A stretch of 39,046 nt of DNA, taken from IMG/VR virus record IMGVR_UViG_2579778894_000027; one strand, given 5' to 3'. Position 1 is the stretch's first letter. The number at the start of each line of letters is the position of its first letter. Positions 16,680 to 27,040 of the stretch are shown in pieces. The notes beneath the pieces are model-generated. The model was not told the origin of the DNA and ran no database searches. It saw only the letters and a list, made by a program, of their open reading frames with translations. A program made the translations under genes and the position numbers. The DNA comes from a virus. Lineage: Duplodnaviria; Heunggongvirae; Uroviricota; Caudoviricetes.

Positions 16680-17732
16680 ATGAATCTGGTGATGTCAGAT
16701 AATGCCCGTAACAAGCTGGGCTGCTACATGACGCGACAGGCGTCGATTAACAATATCCCGGTTTCTGGGCTGGTATCGCGATTTACCGTGGAACCCTCGG
16801 TGCAGCAGCGTTTTGAAAACGCCTCAAAGGATAGCACCGAACTTACAAAAAAAATTAACGTGATCGGTGTGACCGACCAGAAAGGCGAAAAAGTCCTCAT
16901 GGACACCACCGGGCCGATTGCGCGCACAAATACCAGTTATGACGGCACAGATCGCCGCAACCCGATTAACGCTGTCGACCTGAAGTCCCGTCAGTACCAG
17001 TGTGAGCAGGTGAACTACGACACGTTTATTTCGTATCCGCAGCTTGATGCCTGGGCGGCGCACAATGACTTCCAGACCCGCATCAGCGCACAGATTGCCC
17101 GACAGGTGGCGCTTGACCGCATCATGATCGGCTTTAACGGCACGTCACACGCGGAAAAATCCAACTTCAGCACCAACAAGCTGCTTCAGGACGTTAACGT
17201 GGGGTGGCTGGAGCACATCAGAACCAATGCCAGCGCGCGCGTAATGAATGACGTGACGCTGACCTCCCGCAACATGGACAACACCGTGGCGCACGCGGGT
17301 AAGTATGCGAACGCTGATGCACTGGTTCAGGACGCACGCTCATCCCTGCTGGATGAATGGCACAAGGAAGCTGACGACCTCGTGGTGATTATGGGGCGCA
17401 ACCTGTTTAACTCGCTGCGTCTGCCCGTGCTGAACAGCATCAGCGGCCAGAATCCCAATGCGGAATTACTTGCCGGGCAGCTCATCCTGTCATCGCGCAC
17501 CATTGGCGGGCTGGGCGTGTTCCTTGCGCCGTTCTTCCCGGATGCAACGATGCTGATCACCTCGTTCAACAACCTGTCGATTTACTGGCAGAAAGGTTCA
17601 ATGCGTCGTCTGATGAAAGACGAACCGGAATACAACCGCATCGCCACCTACCAGTCCATCAATGACGCTTATGTCGTTGAAGACTATGGCAAGTGCGCGA
17701 TGGTCACAGGCCTGAAGTTCGCCGACAGCTAA
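16680..17732 (+). CDS. Major capsid protein (P2 gpN-like)
   Basis: 350 aa; FTVEPSVQQ...GFNG...VGWL...ARVM...IYWQ motifs parallel P2 gpN; AAGGAG SD. Confidence 0.85.
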   Translation: MNLVMSDNARNKLGCYMTRQASINNIPVSGLVSRFTVEPSVQQRFENASKDSTELTKKINVIGVTDQKGEKVLMDTTGPIARTNTSYDGTDRRNPINAVDLKSRQYQCEQVNYDTFISYPQLDAWAAHNDFQTRISAQIARQVALDRIMIGFNGTSHAEKSNFSTNKLLQDVNVGWLEHIRTNASARVMNDVTLTSRNMDNTVAHAGKYANADALVQDARSSLLDEWHKEADDLVVIMGRNLFNSLRLPVLNSISGQNPNAELLAGQLILSSRTIGGLGVFLAPFFPDATMLITSFNNLSIYWQKGSMRRLMKDEPEYNRIATYQSINDAYVVEDYGKCAMVTGLKFADS

Positions 17733-17777
17733 TCAACTCACGGCGGGCATCATGCCCGCCAGTAACGGAGAGAACAA

Positions 17778-18578
17778 ATGATTACTCCTGCACAGCAACA
17801 CTGGCAGAACGTGATGGCACAGCGCGCAGGCCGGGCGAATGAAGGCGTGGACCACGCCGCGCGTACCGCGCATGAAGAGGTGCTGTATCGTCTGCGTCTG
17901 GCACAGGCCCGGCTTAAGGGCGTACAGGCCAGAAGCGCGAAAGCCGCCATCAAAAAAGAGTTGTTGCCGGATTTTTCCGGCTGGATTGAGGGAACGCTGG
18001 AGGCTGACGGCGGGCAGCAGGATGAAGTGATTGCCACGCTGATGGTGTGGGCGATTGACTGCGGCGATCTTCCGCTGGCGTTGCGTATTGGTGCGTATGT
18101 GGTCCGTCATAACCTCATTATGCCGGATAACTTTGGCCGTACTGCTGCCACAGTGCTGACCGAAGAAATCTGCAACCCGGTACTGACGCAGGCCGGGGCG
18201 GATGCCGACGCGGATTTGTCCGCCTTTATCGAACCACTGGACACCCTCCGGAAGATTGTCACCGACCAGGACATGCCGGACGAAGTACGCGCCAAATTAT
18301 GCAAGGCGTGCGCCTTTGCCCGTCGTGGTCTGACCGATGCAGACAACATGGCCTTATCACTGAAGCTGCTGCGCGAAGCGATGCACCTGAACCCGAACGC
18401 AGGTGTGAAACGCGAGATTGCAACCCTTTCCCGCGCCATGAAAAAAGCCGATTCCGCAGCCGAACCAGAAGACGCCAGCGCACCGCAGGCGCAGGACGAA
18501 AGCAGCAAAAGTAAAAAGACAACGCGGAAGCCTGCAACACGAAAAACCACCGCGACGCAGAAGGCGAAGCGCGGTTAA
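17778..18578 (+). CDS. Terminase small/endonuclease subunit (P2 gpM-like)
   Basis: 266 aa, position after capsid gene; basic C-terminal tail. Confidence 0.75.
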   Translation: MITPAQQHWQNVMAQRAGRANEGVDHAARTAHEEVLYRLRLAQARLKGVQARSAKAAIKKELLPDFSGWIEGTLEADGGQQDEVIATLMVWAIDCGDLPLALRIGAYVVRHNLIMPDNFGRTAATVLTEEICNPVLTQAGADADADLSAFIEPLDTLRKIVTDQDMPDEVRAKLCKACAFARRGLTDADNMALSLKLLREAMHLNPNAGVKREIATLSRAMKKADSAAEPEDASAPQAQDESSKSKKTTRKPATRKTTATQKAKRG

Positions 18579-18670
18579 CGACTGACCCCGTCAGCGGGCG
18601 GCGTGCGCGGTGTTCCGGTTTGACTCCGTGACCGTTTACACCGCGCACCCACCGCCCGATTTTTTCAGGA

Positions 18671-19174
18671 GTGAACCCCATGAGTATGGTTGCCAGAACT
18701 GAACCAAGACCCGCAGAGGACGACATCACCGATACCGATGATGGCGACACTCGCATTTCAGCAGGTGCATTCTGGCCGGATATTGTGCTGCGCGAGCTGC
18801 GTCTGGCGGTACGACTGCCGGGCCGCGTGACCACCTCCCGCCTGCTGCATACTGCCACCGGGGCTGTGGCACACGTTACCCGCGAGCTGGAAGCATGGCA
18901 GCAGGAACAGCAGGCGGCTGGCCATCAGACGCTGGCCGATGTTCCGGCACCCGTAATTAACGGAGAAAGCGTCAATCTCTGGCACTGGCGCAATGCGGTT
19001 TATACCGCCACGCGCGCCCTGATTCTGGAGCGTTACCGCGATGCGGACACAACGGACAAGGGCGACCGCCGGGCGGACGCACTGGATATACAGACATCGG
19101 ATTTGTGGCGCGATGTGAGCTGGGCCATCTCTGACATTCTGTGCCGCCCGCGAATCTTTGCGGAGTTGTGCTGA
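18671..19174 (+). CDS. Head completion/stabilisation protein (P2 gpL-like)
   Basis: 167 aa, position and size. Confidence 0.7.
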   Translation: MNPMSMVARTEPRPAEDDITDTDDGDTRISAGAFWPDIVLRELRLAVRLPGRVTTSRLLHTATGAVAHVTRELEAWQQEQQAAGHQTLADVPAPVINGESVNLWHWRNAVYTATRALILERYRDADTTDKGDRRADALDIQTSDLWRDVSWAISDILCRPRIFAELC

Positions 19175-19428
19175 TGAAAGTGAAGGCACTGGAAGGCGAC
19201 ACCGTGGATTCACTCTGTTTCCGGTACTACGGCACGACGCAGGGCGTCACCGAAAAGGTGCTGGATGCCAACCCCGGACTCTGTCAGCAGGTATTTCTGG
19301 ACGCCGGGCAGGAAGTGGAGATGCCGGAGCCGGAGAAGAAGAAACGAGAAATGATTCAGTTGTGGGGGAGTAGCAGTGAGCACCATTCAAACAGGGATTA
19401 CAGAGCAGGTTATTGCGTGGCTCTTTGA
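19174..19428 (+). CDS. Tail protein X (LysM-like, P2 gpX-like)
   Basis: MKVKALEGDTVDSLCFRYYGTTQGVTEKVLDANPGL parallels P2 gpX; ATGA-coupled to L. Confidence 0.75.
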   Translation: MKVKALEGDTVDSLCFRYYGTTQGVTEKVLDANPGLCQQVFLDAGQEVEMPEPEKKKREMIQLWGSSSEHHSNRDYRAGYCVAL

Positions 19429-19699
19429 CCACCTGCCAACAGTGTATGCAGCAGGCGCGGCGGTCAGCATTTCCGCGCTGATGAGTCTTTATGACGGACG
19501 AACGCTGGTTCAGACCGTAACGGGATCGCTGGCGTGCGGCGTTCTTGCCATGGCCGTGGCCGGGTCGTTGCGCTTCTTCGGAGTTCCTGAAGATGCCGTG
19601 ACGTTTTTCGGCGCATCTATCGGTTTTATGGGCGCAGAAAAAGCACGCGACAAGATCATTGCCGCCTTTAACCGCATAACCCAAAAGGGAGATGAATAA
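19376..19699 (+). CDS. Putative holin
   Basis: 107 aa with two to three hydrophobic helices and charged C-terminus; GTG start with SD gggggag; immediately upstream of endolysin. Confidence 0.55.
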   Translation: MSTIQTGITEQVIAWLFDHLPTVYAAGAAVSISALMSLYDGRTLVQTVTGSLACGVLAMAVAGSLRFFGVPEDAVTFFGASIGFMGAEKARDKIIAAFNRITQKGDE

Positions 19700-19753
19700 G
19701 TCGCAGGCTTAAAGCCGGTAATCACCATAAAAATCATTCACAGAGGTGACGAA

Positions 19754-20299
19754 ATGAAATCGAAAGACGAAATTTTTGATGCCGTTCTTGGCAAAGAAGG
19801 CGGCTACGTCAATCACCCGGATGACAGAGGCGGTCCGACAAAATGGGGCATCACTGAAAAGGTGGCACGGGCGCACGGATACCGTGGCGATATGCGTGAT
19901 TTAACGCGCGGACAGGCACTGGAAATCCTTGAAGCTGATTACTGGTACGGACCGCGTTTTGATCAGATAGCGAAGCTGTCCCCGGATATTGCCGCAGAAC
20001 TGTGTGACACCGGAGTAAATATGGGACCGTCTGTGGCAACCAGAATGCTTCAGCGCTGGCTGAACGTATTCAATCAGGGCGGGAAACTGTATCCCGATAT
20101 GGACACGGACGGACGCACTGGCCCACGCACGATTAACGCATTGCATGCATATCTGGAAAAACGCGGTCGGGACGGCGAGATGGTGATGTTAACAGCACTG
20201 AACTGTACACAGGGTGAACGCTATCTGGAGCTGGCGGAAAAACGCGAAGCCAACGAGTCGTTTGTCTACGGCTGGATAAAGGAACGCGTGGCAGCATGA
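19754..20299 (+). CDS. Endolysin, GH108-type N-acetylmuramidase with peptidoglycan-binding domain
   Basis: GKEGGYVNHPDDRGGPTKWGIT signature of glycoside hydrolase family 108. Confidence 0.8.
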   Translation: MKSKDEIFDAVLGKEGGYVNHPDDRGGPTKWGITEKVARAHGYRGDMRDLTRGQALEILEADYWYGPRFDQIAKLSPDIAAELCDTGVNMGPSVATRMLQRWLNVFNQGGKLYPDMDTDGRTGPRTINALHAYLEKRGRDGEMVMLTALNCTQGERYLELAEKREANESFVYGWIKERVAA

Positions 20300-20703
20300 G
20301 GTTATGGACTTCTCTGGGCGTCGCTTTTCTTCTGATTGCCGCATGGGGAACATCCATGCGTCTGTCGTGGTCGCTGGGCCGGGAGAACGCCAGAAACAAA
20401 GCGCAGGCCAGCACCCTGAAAAGTACCGTCGACACACTGAATATCATCAGCGCCGGAGTACAGGATATGCAGCAGGTGCTGGCACAACTCAGCGCGGAAA
20501 ATCAGCAACGCAATCAGGACGGAGAGGTAAGACGTGAACAGCTACGCAACGATATTGCAAAAGATGAATGCGCCCACGCTTTGCCTGACGCTCGTTTTAC
20601 TGACAGGTTGCGCAGGCACGCAGAACGCGCCACGGCCAGCGCCGTCAGTCCGGCTTATACCGCAGACGCTGACCATACCGGTAACGCCGCCCCCCTTCCC
20701 TGA
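20296..20703 (+). CDS. i-spanin (Rz/LysB-like)
   Basis: N-terminal TM helix then coiled-coil-like charged region. Confidence 0.65.
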   Translation: MRLWTSLGVAFLLIAAWGTSMRLSWSLGRENARNKAQASTLKSTVDTLNIISAGVQDMQQVLAQLSAENQQRNQDGEVRREQLRNDIAKDECAHALPDARFTDRLRRHAERATASAVSPAYTADADHTGNAAPLP

Positions 20704-20854
20704 TACTCCCACATGGGGAAATCTCGGTATATGGGGCGACCGCCTTCTGGATGCACTGGAAACCTGTAACGCGGATAAACGAGCCATTGAATTACTGGAA
20801 CAGCGCAGGCTGCAACGACTGAACCACGAGGACAACAACCATGCTGAAAACTGA
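20564..20854 (+). CDS. o-spanin lipoprotein (Rz1/LysC-like), nested/overlapping in the i-spanin gene
   Basis: Lipobox LLTGCAG after short signal; Pro-rich; embedded in alternate frame of i-spanin. Confidence 0.6.
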   Translation: MNAPTLCLTLVLLTGCAGTQNAPRPAPSVRLIPQTLTIPVTPPPFPDTPTWGNLGIWGDRLLDALETCNADKRAIELLEQRRLQRLNHEDNNHAEN

Positions 20855-21308
20855 TTCCCTGCGTGAAGCCATGACCCGTTCATGCCGATGGTGTCAGGCT
20901 AACCCGGAAAAATTCACCATTTTCGTGGAGAGCGGCAACATTGAAACGACCGGAGAAACGCCCTCGTTTGTTTACCGCTATCAGATGGTGATGTTTGTCA
21001 TGGATTACGCCGGAGAGCTGGACGACCTCACGCTGCCGCTGCTGGCGTGGTTATCCGAAAATCAGCCACAGTTGTTGCTCAATCCGGAGCGTAATCAGGA
21101 CATCAAATTTTCCGCCGTTATCAATGACGATGACAGCGCCGATCTCCTGTTTACGCTCCCCCTGCGGGAACGCATTCGCATTACGCGCAACAGTCAGGGG
21201 ACACCGCAGGCAGAACACCTGCCGGAGCCAAAACCCCGCCTGCCCTCTTCCGAAGGCGACTGGTCGCATGTATTCCAGGATGTGACGTGGGGTGAAAGCG
21301 ATGGATAA
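20841..21308 (+). CDS. Tail completion protein R (P2 gpR-like)
   Basis: 155 aa, position and size. Confidence 0.7.
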   Translation: MLKTDSLREAMTRSCRWCQANPEKFTIFVESGNIETTGETPSFVYRYQMVMFVMDYAGELDDLTLPLLAWLSENQPQLLLNPERNQDIKFSAVINDDDSADLLFTLPLRERIRITRNSQGTPQAEHLPEPKPRLPSSEGDWSHVFQDVTWGESDG

Positions 21309-21936
21309 GGCATTCACCCGCGTGGATGAAACCTTTGAGGCCATCCGCGACAGCCTGAATCAGCAGGCCATCAATAACATCGCCAGAACGCTGGCACAGG
21401 ATTTACGCCGCGCCCAGCAGGCACGTATCCGGTCACAGAAAGCGCCGGACGGGACCGCATGGACACCACGCAGACGCCGCGTAACCCGGATACAGGAGCG
21501 CATTCGCTTTATCTGGAATAACGAAGCACGCACGCTGAAAAACTGGCATCACGACACGGGGAAATACGGGCGAACCATCACCGGGTGGGATGAGGATAAA
21601 AACAGCATCCGCACGTTTTACCGGGATGACATCGACCGCTTTCTGGAAATACGCACCCGGCGCATCAACCAGGACAGCACCAGGCGCGTCCCCATGTTCG
21701 TAAAACTGCGCACCGCCCGCTACCTGAAAGCCCGTGCAGATGCTTCCGGTGTGACGGTGGGTTACAGCGGCGTGGCCGCACGTATTGCACGCGTTCATCA
21801 GTTCGGTGAGCGCGATCAGGTTGCACCGGGCATTTTCACCGATTACCCGGTACGTGAGCTGCTGGGTATCAGCCAGGCAGATGAGCGCCTGATTTATAAC
21901 ACGGTGCTGGGCCGGATTGCGGAGGCTGTACGGTGA
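21301..21936 (+). CDS. Virion morphogenesis / tail completion protein S (P2 gpS-like)
   Basis: Position after R; start at ATG 21301 overlapping R stop. Confidence 0.6.
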   Translation: MDKAFTRVDETFEAIRDSLNQQAINNIARTLAQDLRRAQQARIRSQKAPDGTAWTPRRRRVTRIQERIRFIWNNEARTLKNWHHDTGKYGRTITGWDEDKNSIRTFYRDDIDRFLEIRTRRINQDSTRRVPMFVKLRTARYLKARADASGVTVGYSGVAARIARVHQFGERDQVAPGIFTDYPVRELLGISQADERLIYNTVLGRIAEAVR

Positions 21937-22514
21937 GCGCAGAACTCATGCGGCTACTGAGCAATATCATCCGCACCGGGATCATCTCTGAAGTTGATGA
22001 GAAGTCCTGGCGCGTGCGCGTTCGCAGCAGCGAACTGGAAACAGGCTGGTTGCGCTGGAACACCACGCGCGCGGGAGCCTTCAATGTGTGGCTGCCGCCA
22101 TCACCAGGCGAACAGGTGGCAATTGCCTGCATTGGCGGCAACCCGGAAACCGCCATGATAATTGGCAGCCTGTGGAGTGATGCCATTCCGGCCCCCGGCA
22201 AAAGCCTGAAAGAAATCGTGGTCAGCGCGCCGGATGGCGCGGTGTTCCGCTACGACGCGGACGCAGGCGCACTGAGCGCCAGCGGCATGAAAACAGCCAC
22301 CCTGCAGGCATCCGTCAGTGTGACACTGGACACGCCTGTCGTGGAATGCACAAACCTTCTGAAAACAGCCGAGATTGACGTCACAAAAGGGGGAAAGATG
22401 AGCGGCAATATCACGCACAGCGGCGGCGACTTCACCTCAAACGGCATCACTGTGCATACGCATAAACACGGTGGCGTTAAAGGTGGCAGCGATTCGACAG
22501 GAGGCCCGCAGTGA
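21933..22514 (+). CDS. Baseplate spike/assembly protein V
   Basis: 193 aa; position; C-terminal Gly/His-rich apex HKHGGVKGGSDSTGG. Confidence 0.75.
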   Translation: MSAELMRLLSNIIRTGIISEVDEKSWRVRVRSSELETGWLRWNTTRAGAFNVWLPPSPGEQVAIACIGGNPETAMIIGSLWSDAIPAPGKSLKEIVVSAPDGAVFRYDADAGALSASGMKTATLQASVSVTLDTPVVECTNLLKTAEIDVTKGGKMSGNITHSGGDFTSNGITVHTHKHGGVKGGSDSTGGPQ

Positions 22515-22861
22515 CAACCCGCTACACAGGAATGAACCCGGACGGAACGGGAAACCTGAACGATACGGAGCACCTGAAACAGTCAGTCAGGGACATCCTG
22601 ACCACCCCGCTGGCAAGCCGGGTTATGCGACGGGAATATGGCAGCCTTGTGCCTGATTTGATTGACGAACCCATGAATAACACCACGCGTCTGCAATGCA
22701 TGAGTGCTGCCGTGATTGCGCTGACACGATGGGAACCCCGCATTGCCCTGGATGCCATCGACGTTGTCTGGAAAGCGGGAGGACGCGCCGGGGTGACGCT
22801 GTCGGGCACTGTCATGCAGACCATGCAGAATGTTGAATTAACCATCACGCTGAGGGAGTAA
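22511..22861 (+). CDS. Baseplate protein W (gp25-like)
   Basis: 116 aa, position and size. Confidence 0.75.
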   Translation: MTTRYTGMNPDGTGNLNDTEHLKQSVRDILTTPLASRVMRREYGSLVPDLIDEPMNNTTRLQCMSAAVIALTRWEPRIALDAIDVVWKAGGRAGVTLSGTVMQTMQNVELTITLRE

Positions 22862-22864
22862 ATC

Positions 22865-23761
22865 ATGCCTGCCGTTGACCTTTCCCAGTTACCGGACCCC
22901 GCCATCATCGCGGAGCCTGACTTTGAGGCAATTCTGGCTGACACAAAGGCCATGATGATTGCGGCTTATCCCGCCGAACAGCGTGAAGCCGTCTCCGCCG
23001 CGCTGGAGCTGGAATCGGAACCCCTGAACGTTATCGCCCAGACAACAGCGTTTCGCGAAATGCTGTTACGCCAGCGGATCAATGAGGGGGCACGCGCCTG
23101 CATGTTAAGCCACAGCGCCGGGACAGACCTGGACAACCTCGCGGGCAATATGAACACAAAACGCCTGACCATCACTCCGGCAACGGATACCACCGACGCG
23201 GTGATGGAGAGCGACACCTCGCTGAGACTGCGGGCGCAGCGGGCGTATGACGGTCTGAGTGTTGCTGGCCCGTCAGGCGCATACGAGTATTTTGCACGCA
23301 GCGCCAGCGGTCTGGTACGTGATGCGCGGGCCATCAGCCCGTCTCCGGCCAACGTGACGGTTTCCATCCTGTCCACTGAAGGCGACGGCACAGCAACGGA
23401 GGCGTTGCTTAATACCGTTCGCGCCGTTCTGAATGCAGAGGATACCCGCCCGGTGGCCGACCGCCTGACCGTACAGAGCGCCAGAATCGTGACATGGCGG
23501 CTGAATGCAAAACTGTACTTTTACCCCGGTCCGGAATCCGAACCTATTCTGGCCGCGGCGGAATCGTCGTTCATGAAGTGGCTGGCTGAGCAGGGGCTTA
23601 TCGGTCAGGACGTGGCGTTGTCCGCCATTGCTGCCGCACTGCATGTGCACGGTGTGCAACGCGTGGAGATAATCGAACCCACACAGAATATGGCCATCAG
23701 CGACATACAGGCGGCGCGCTGTGAGTCGTTCACCATCAGCGAAGGTGGGCGCAATGAGTAA
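22865..23761 (+). CDS. Baseplate protein J
   Basis: 298 aa, position and size. Confidence 0.75.
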   Translation: MPAVDLSQLPDPAIIAEPDFEAILADTKAMMIAAYPAEQREAVSAALELESEPLNVIAQTTAFREMLLRQRINEGARACMLSHSAGTDLDNLAGNMNTKRLTITPATDTTDAVMESDTSLRLRAQRAYDGLSVAGPSGAYEYFARSASGLVRDARAISPSPANVTVSILSTEGDGTATEALLNTVRAVLNAEDTRPVADRLTVQSARIVTWRLNAKLYFYPGPESEPILAAAESSFMKWLAEQGLIGQDVALSAIAAALHVHGVQRVEIIEPTQNMAISDIQAARCESFTISEGGRNE

Positions 23762-24284
23762 TTCGCTGTTACCACCATCAGCCAGCAATTTCATGCGTTG
23801 TGCCGAAGCCGTCGGAACGCACATTACAGACATTCCGGTAGACCTCAACACGCTGTGGTCGCCGGACACCTGCCCGGTGCATCTGCTGCCTTATCTCGCA
23901 TGGGCATTTTCCGTTGACCGCTGGGATCGCAACTGGCCGGAAGAGACAAAGCGACAGGTGATTCGTGATGCATGGCTGATACACCGACACAAGGGAACCA
24001 TCAGCGCACTGCGCCGGGCCATTGAGCCGCTGGGATACCTCATTCGTGTGTCTGAGTGGTGGGAGTTCGGCGGAGAACCGGGAACATTTACCGTTGAAGT
24101 CGGCACGCTGGACAGTGGCGTGACGGAGGAAATGTATCTGGAAATGGAGCGGTTGATTGCTGATGCCCGCCCGGTCAGCCGCCACATGACAGGGCTGAAT
24201 ATCATTCAGGAGATTCAGGGAGATATTTTCGCGGCGGCAGCAACTTACGACGGCGAAGTCATTACCATTTATCCGGACGATTAA
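23754..24284 (+). CDS. Baseplate/tail protein I
   Basis: 176 aa from ATG 23754 overlapping J stop. Confidence 0.7.
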   Translation: MSNSLLPPSASNFMRCAEAVGTHITDIPVDLNTLWSPDTCPVHLLPYLAWAFSVDRWDRNWPEETKRQVIRDAWLIHRHKGTISALRRAIEPLGYLIRVSEWWEFGGEPGTFTVEVGTLDSGVTEEMYLEMERLIADARPVSRHMTGLNIIQEIQGDIFAAAATYDGEVITIYPDD

Positions 24285-24286
24285 GC

Positions 24287-26419
24287 ATGAGTACCACAAC
24301 ACGTAAATTTAAAACCGTTATCACCGATACGGGTGCCAAAAAATTAGCTCAGGCAGCAGCGCCAGATGGTAAGCCTGTCCGCCTGACTCATATGGCCGTG
24401 GGCGACGGTGGCGGTACATTGCCCACACCAGACAGTAAGCAGACCCGTCTGGTGCATGAGGTGTGGCGACATACTGTTAATCGCGTCATCCTGGACGCAA
24501 CACATCAGAACCGCATTATTGCAGAGCTGGTTATTCCTCCAGAAACGGGCGGATTCTGGATCCGGGAAATTGGTGTGTTTGATGAGCACGGCGATTTAAT
24601 CGCGGTGGGCAATACTGCCGAAAGTTACAAGCCAGCCGTTGCCGAAGGGTCCGGTCGTGCACAAACATTTCGCACCATTCTGACCGTATCCAGCACTGCC
24701 ACTGTGGCGCTTACCGTGGATAACACCATGGTGATGGCCACAGTGGATTACGTGGATAACAAACTGAAAGAGCATGAACAGTCACGACGTCACCCGGATG
24801 CCTCGCTGACCGCAAAAGGCTTTGTTCAACTCAGTAGCGCCACTAACAACGATTCTGAAACGCAGGCTGCAACGCCGAAAGCAGTAAAGGCCGCGTATGA
24901 CCTTGCTAACGCAAAATATACCGCTCAGGACGCCACGACAACGCGAAAAGGCCTTGTCCAGCTTAGTAGTGCAACCAACAGTACATCTGAAACGCTGGCG
25001 GCAACATCAAATGCAGTAAAAGCTGCCTATGACAATGCTGAAAAACGTCTGCAGAAAGCTAAGAATGGTGAGGATATCTCTGACAAAGACACCTTTACGA
25101 AAAATATCGGTGCCTGCCGTGCATATAGTGCAGAGCTGAATATTGGTGGAGATAGTGAAGCATGGACAACTGCGCAGTTGATTTTTTGGCTAGAGAGTCA
25201 GGGGGCATTTAACCATCCTTACTGGATGTGCAAAGGCTCATGGGCTTATGCAAGTAATAAGGTCATTACAGATACAGGTTGCGGAAATATTTGTCTTGCA
25301 GGTGCTGTTGTGGAAGTTATTGGCACCCGCGGCGCAATGACCATACGCATTACCACACCGAGTACATCCAGCGGTGAAGGCATACCTAATGCTCAATTTA
25401 CTTATATTAATCATGGTGATGCTTATGCTCCTGGCTGGCGAAGGGACTATAACTCCAGGAATAAGCCAACAGCATCAGAGATCGGGGCGTTACCGTCAGA
25501 TGGGACAGCAGTATCGTCAGTTAATCTGGCTTCAAAAGGTCGGCTGACCGCCCTGACAGATAATATGCAGGGGGCCACAGGTCTGGAGTTATACGAGGCG
25601 TATAACAACGGATATCCAACAGCGTATGGAAATATCATTCACCTGAAAGGGATGACAGCCGTTGGCGAAGGTGAGTTACTCATCGGCTGGAGTGGTACAA
25701 GCGGTGCTCATGCTCCGGCATTTATTCGTTCACGACGGGATACGACCGACGCAAACTGGTCGCCGTGGGCGCAGCTTTACACCTCGGCTCATCCTCCTGA
25801 AGAGTTTTATCCAGTCGGTGCACCGATTCCGTGGCCATCAGATACCGTTCCGTCTGGTTATGCCCTGATGCAGGGGCAGACTTTTGACAAATCTGCATAC
25901 CCGAAACTTGCAGTCGCTTATCCGTCAGGCGTGATCCCTGATATGCGTGGCTGGACTATCAAGGGCAAACCTGCCAGTGGTCGTGCCGTATTGTCTCAGG
26001 AACAGGACGGCATTAAATCGCACACCCACAGCGCCAGCGCATCCAGTACTGATTTGGGGACGAAAACCACATCGTCGTTTGATTACGGTACTAAAACGAC
26101 CAGTTCATTTGATTACGGCACAAAAACCACAAATAGCGCAGGAGCTCATTCACACAATATACCTGTTGGTCACACTGGCGCGGGGAATGGTGTATCAGCC
26201 GGTTATAACGCTGCGTTAGGTACTGGTACCACGTCGAGCGCAGGAGGGCATGCTCACAATGTATATATCGGTGCCCATAACCACACTATCGGCATTGGTG
26301 CTCATGCCCATTCTGTCATTATTGGTCCCCACGGACACACCATCACCGTTAATGCTACGGGGAACGCAGAAAACACCGTAAAAAACATCGCATTTAACTA
26401 TATTGTGAGGCTTGCATAA
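24287..26419 (+). CDS. Tail fibre protein H with His-x-His repeat tip
   Basis: 710 aa; conserved N-terminal fibre attachment region; internal ~36-aa repeats ([21 protein letters not shown]); C-terminal HxH repeats. Confidence 0.85.
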   Translation: MSTTTRKFKTVITDTGAKKLAQAAAPDGKPVRLTHMAVGDGGGTLPTPDSKQTRLVHEVWRHTVNRVILDATHQNRIIAELVIPPETGGFWIREIGVFDEHGDLIAVGNTAESYKPAVAEGSGRAQTFRTILTVSSTATVALTVDNTMVMATVDYVDNKLKEHEQSRRHPDASLTAKGFVQLSSATNNDSETQAATPKAVKAAYDLANAKYTAQDATTTRKGLVQLSSATNSTSETLAATSNAVKAAYDNAEKRLQKAKNGEDISDKDTFTKNIGACRAYSAELNIGGDSEAWTTAQLIFWLESQGAFNHPYWMCKGSWAYASNKVITDTGCGNICLAGAVVEVIGTRGAMTIRITTPSTSSGEGIPNAQFTYINHGDAYAPGWRRDYNSRNKPTASEIGALPSDGTAVSSVNLASKGRLTALTDNMQGATGLELYEAYNNGYPTAYGNIIHLKGMTAVGEGELLIGWSGTSGAHAPAFIRSRRDTTDANWSPWAQLYTSAHPPEEFYPVGAPIPWPSDTVPSGYALMQGQTFDKSAYPKLAVAYPSGVIPDMRGWTIKGKPASGRAVLSQEQDGIKSHTHSASASSTDLGTKTTSSFDYGTKTTSSFDYGTKTTNSAGAHSHNIPVGHTGAGNGVSAGYNAALGTGTTSSAGGHAHNVYIGAHNHTIGIGAHAHSVIIGPHGHTITVNATGNAENTVKNIAFNYIVRLA
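26057..26130 (+). repeat. Imperfect 30-bp tandem repeat inside tail-fibre gene (encodes [10 protein letters not shown] x about 2.5)
   Basis: Units at 26057-26086, 26087-26116 and partial third. Confidence 0.7.
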
Positions 26420-26997
26420 TGACATTCAGAATGAGTGAACAATCACGGACCATAAAAATTTATAATCTACTGACCGGAACCAATGAGTTTATTGGTGAAG
26501 GTGATGCATACATTCCACCTCATACAGGTCTGCCTGCAAACAGTACCGATATTGCCCCGCCAGATATTCCGGCTGGCTTCGTGGCCGTTTTCAACAGTGA
26601 TGAGGCATCGTGGCATCTCGTTGAAGACCATCGGGGTAAAACGGTTTATGACGTGGCATCAGGGGACTCGTTATTTATTTCTGAACTCGGTCCATTACCG
26701 GAAAATGTTACCTGGTTGTCGCCGTATGGAGAGTATCAGAAGTGGAACGGCACATCCTGGGTGAAAGATGCAGAAGCAGAAAAACTGTTTCGGATAAGGG
26801 AGGCGGAAGAAACAAAAAACAGCCTGATGCAGGTAGCCAGCGAGCATATTGCGCCACTTCAGGATGCCGTAGATTTGGATATTGCAACGGAGGAAGAGGC
26901 ATCGTTACTGGCTGCATGGAAGACATACCGGGTATTGTTGAATCGTGTTAATACAGCGGTAGCAGCGGATGTTGAGTGGCCAGTCGCCCCACAATAA
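26419..26997 (+). CDS. Tail fibre assembly chaperone G
   Basis: 192 aa; ATGA-coupled to H. Confidence 0.75.
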   Translation: MTFRMSEQSRTIKIYNLLTGTNEFIGEGDAYIPPHTGLPANSTDIAPPDIPAGFVAVFNSDEASWHLVEDHRGKTVYDVASGDSLFISELGPLPENVTWLSPYGEYQKWNGTSWVKDAEAEKLFRIREAEETKNSLMQVASEHIAPLQDAVDLDIATEEEASLLAAWKTYRVLLNRVNTAVAADVEWPVAPQ

Positions 26998-27000
26998 AGA

Positions 27001-27036
27001 GAAAAAGCCATCGATTGAAATATAGATGGCTTTATG
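27001..27036. terminator. Bidirectional intrinsic terminator between convergent G and acetyltransferase genes
   Basis: aaagccatc-gattgaaatata-gatggcttt hairpin; T-run on minus strand side (ttttt ctcttt). Confidence 0.6.
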
Positions 27037-27040
27037 TACT

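Noticed and set aside
18107-18858. Minus-strand ORFs of 147 and 199 aa
   Set aside because: Antisense to terminase small subunit and head completion genes; low-complexity Arg/Ser-rich translations.
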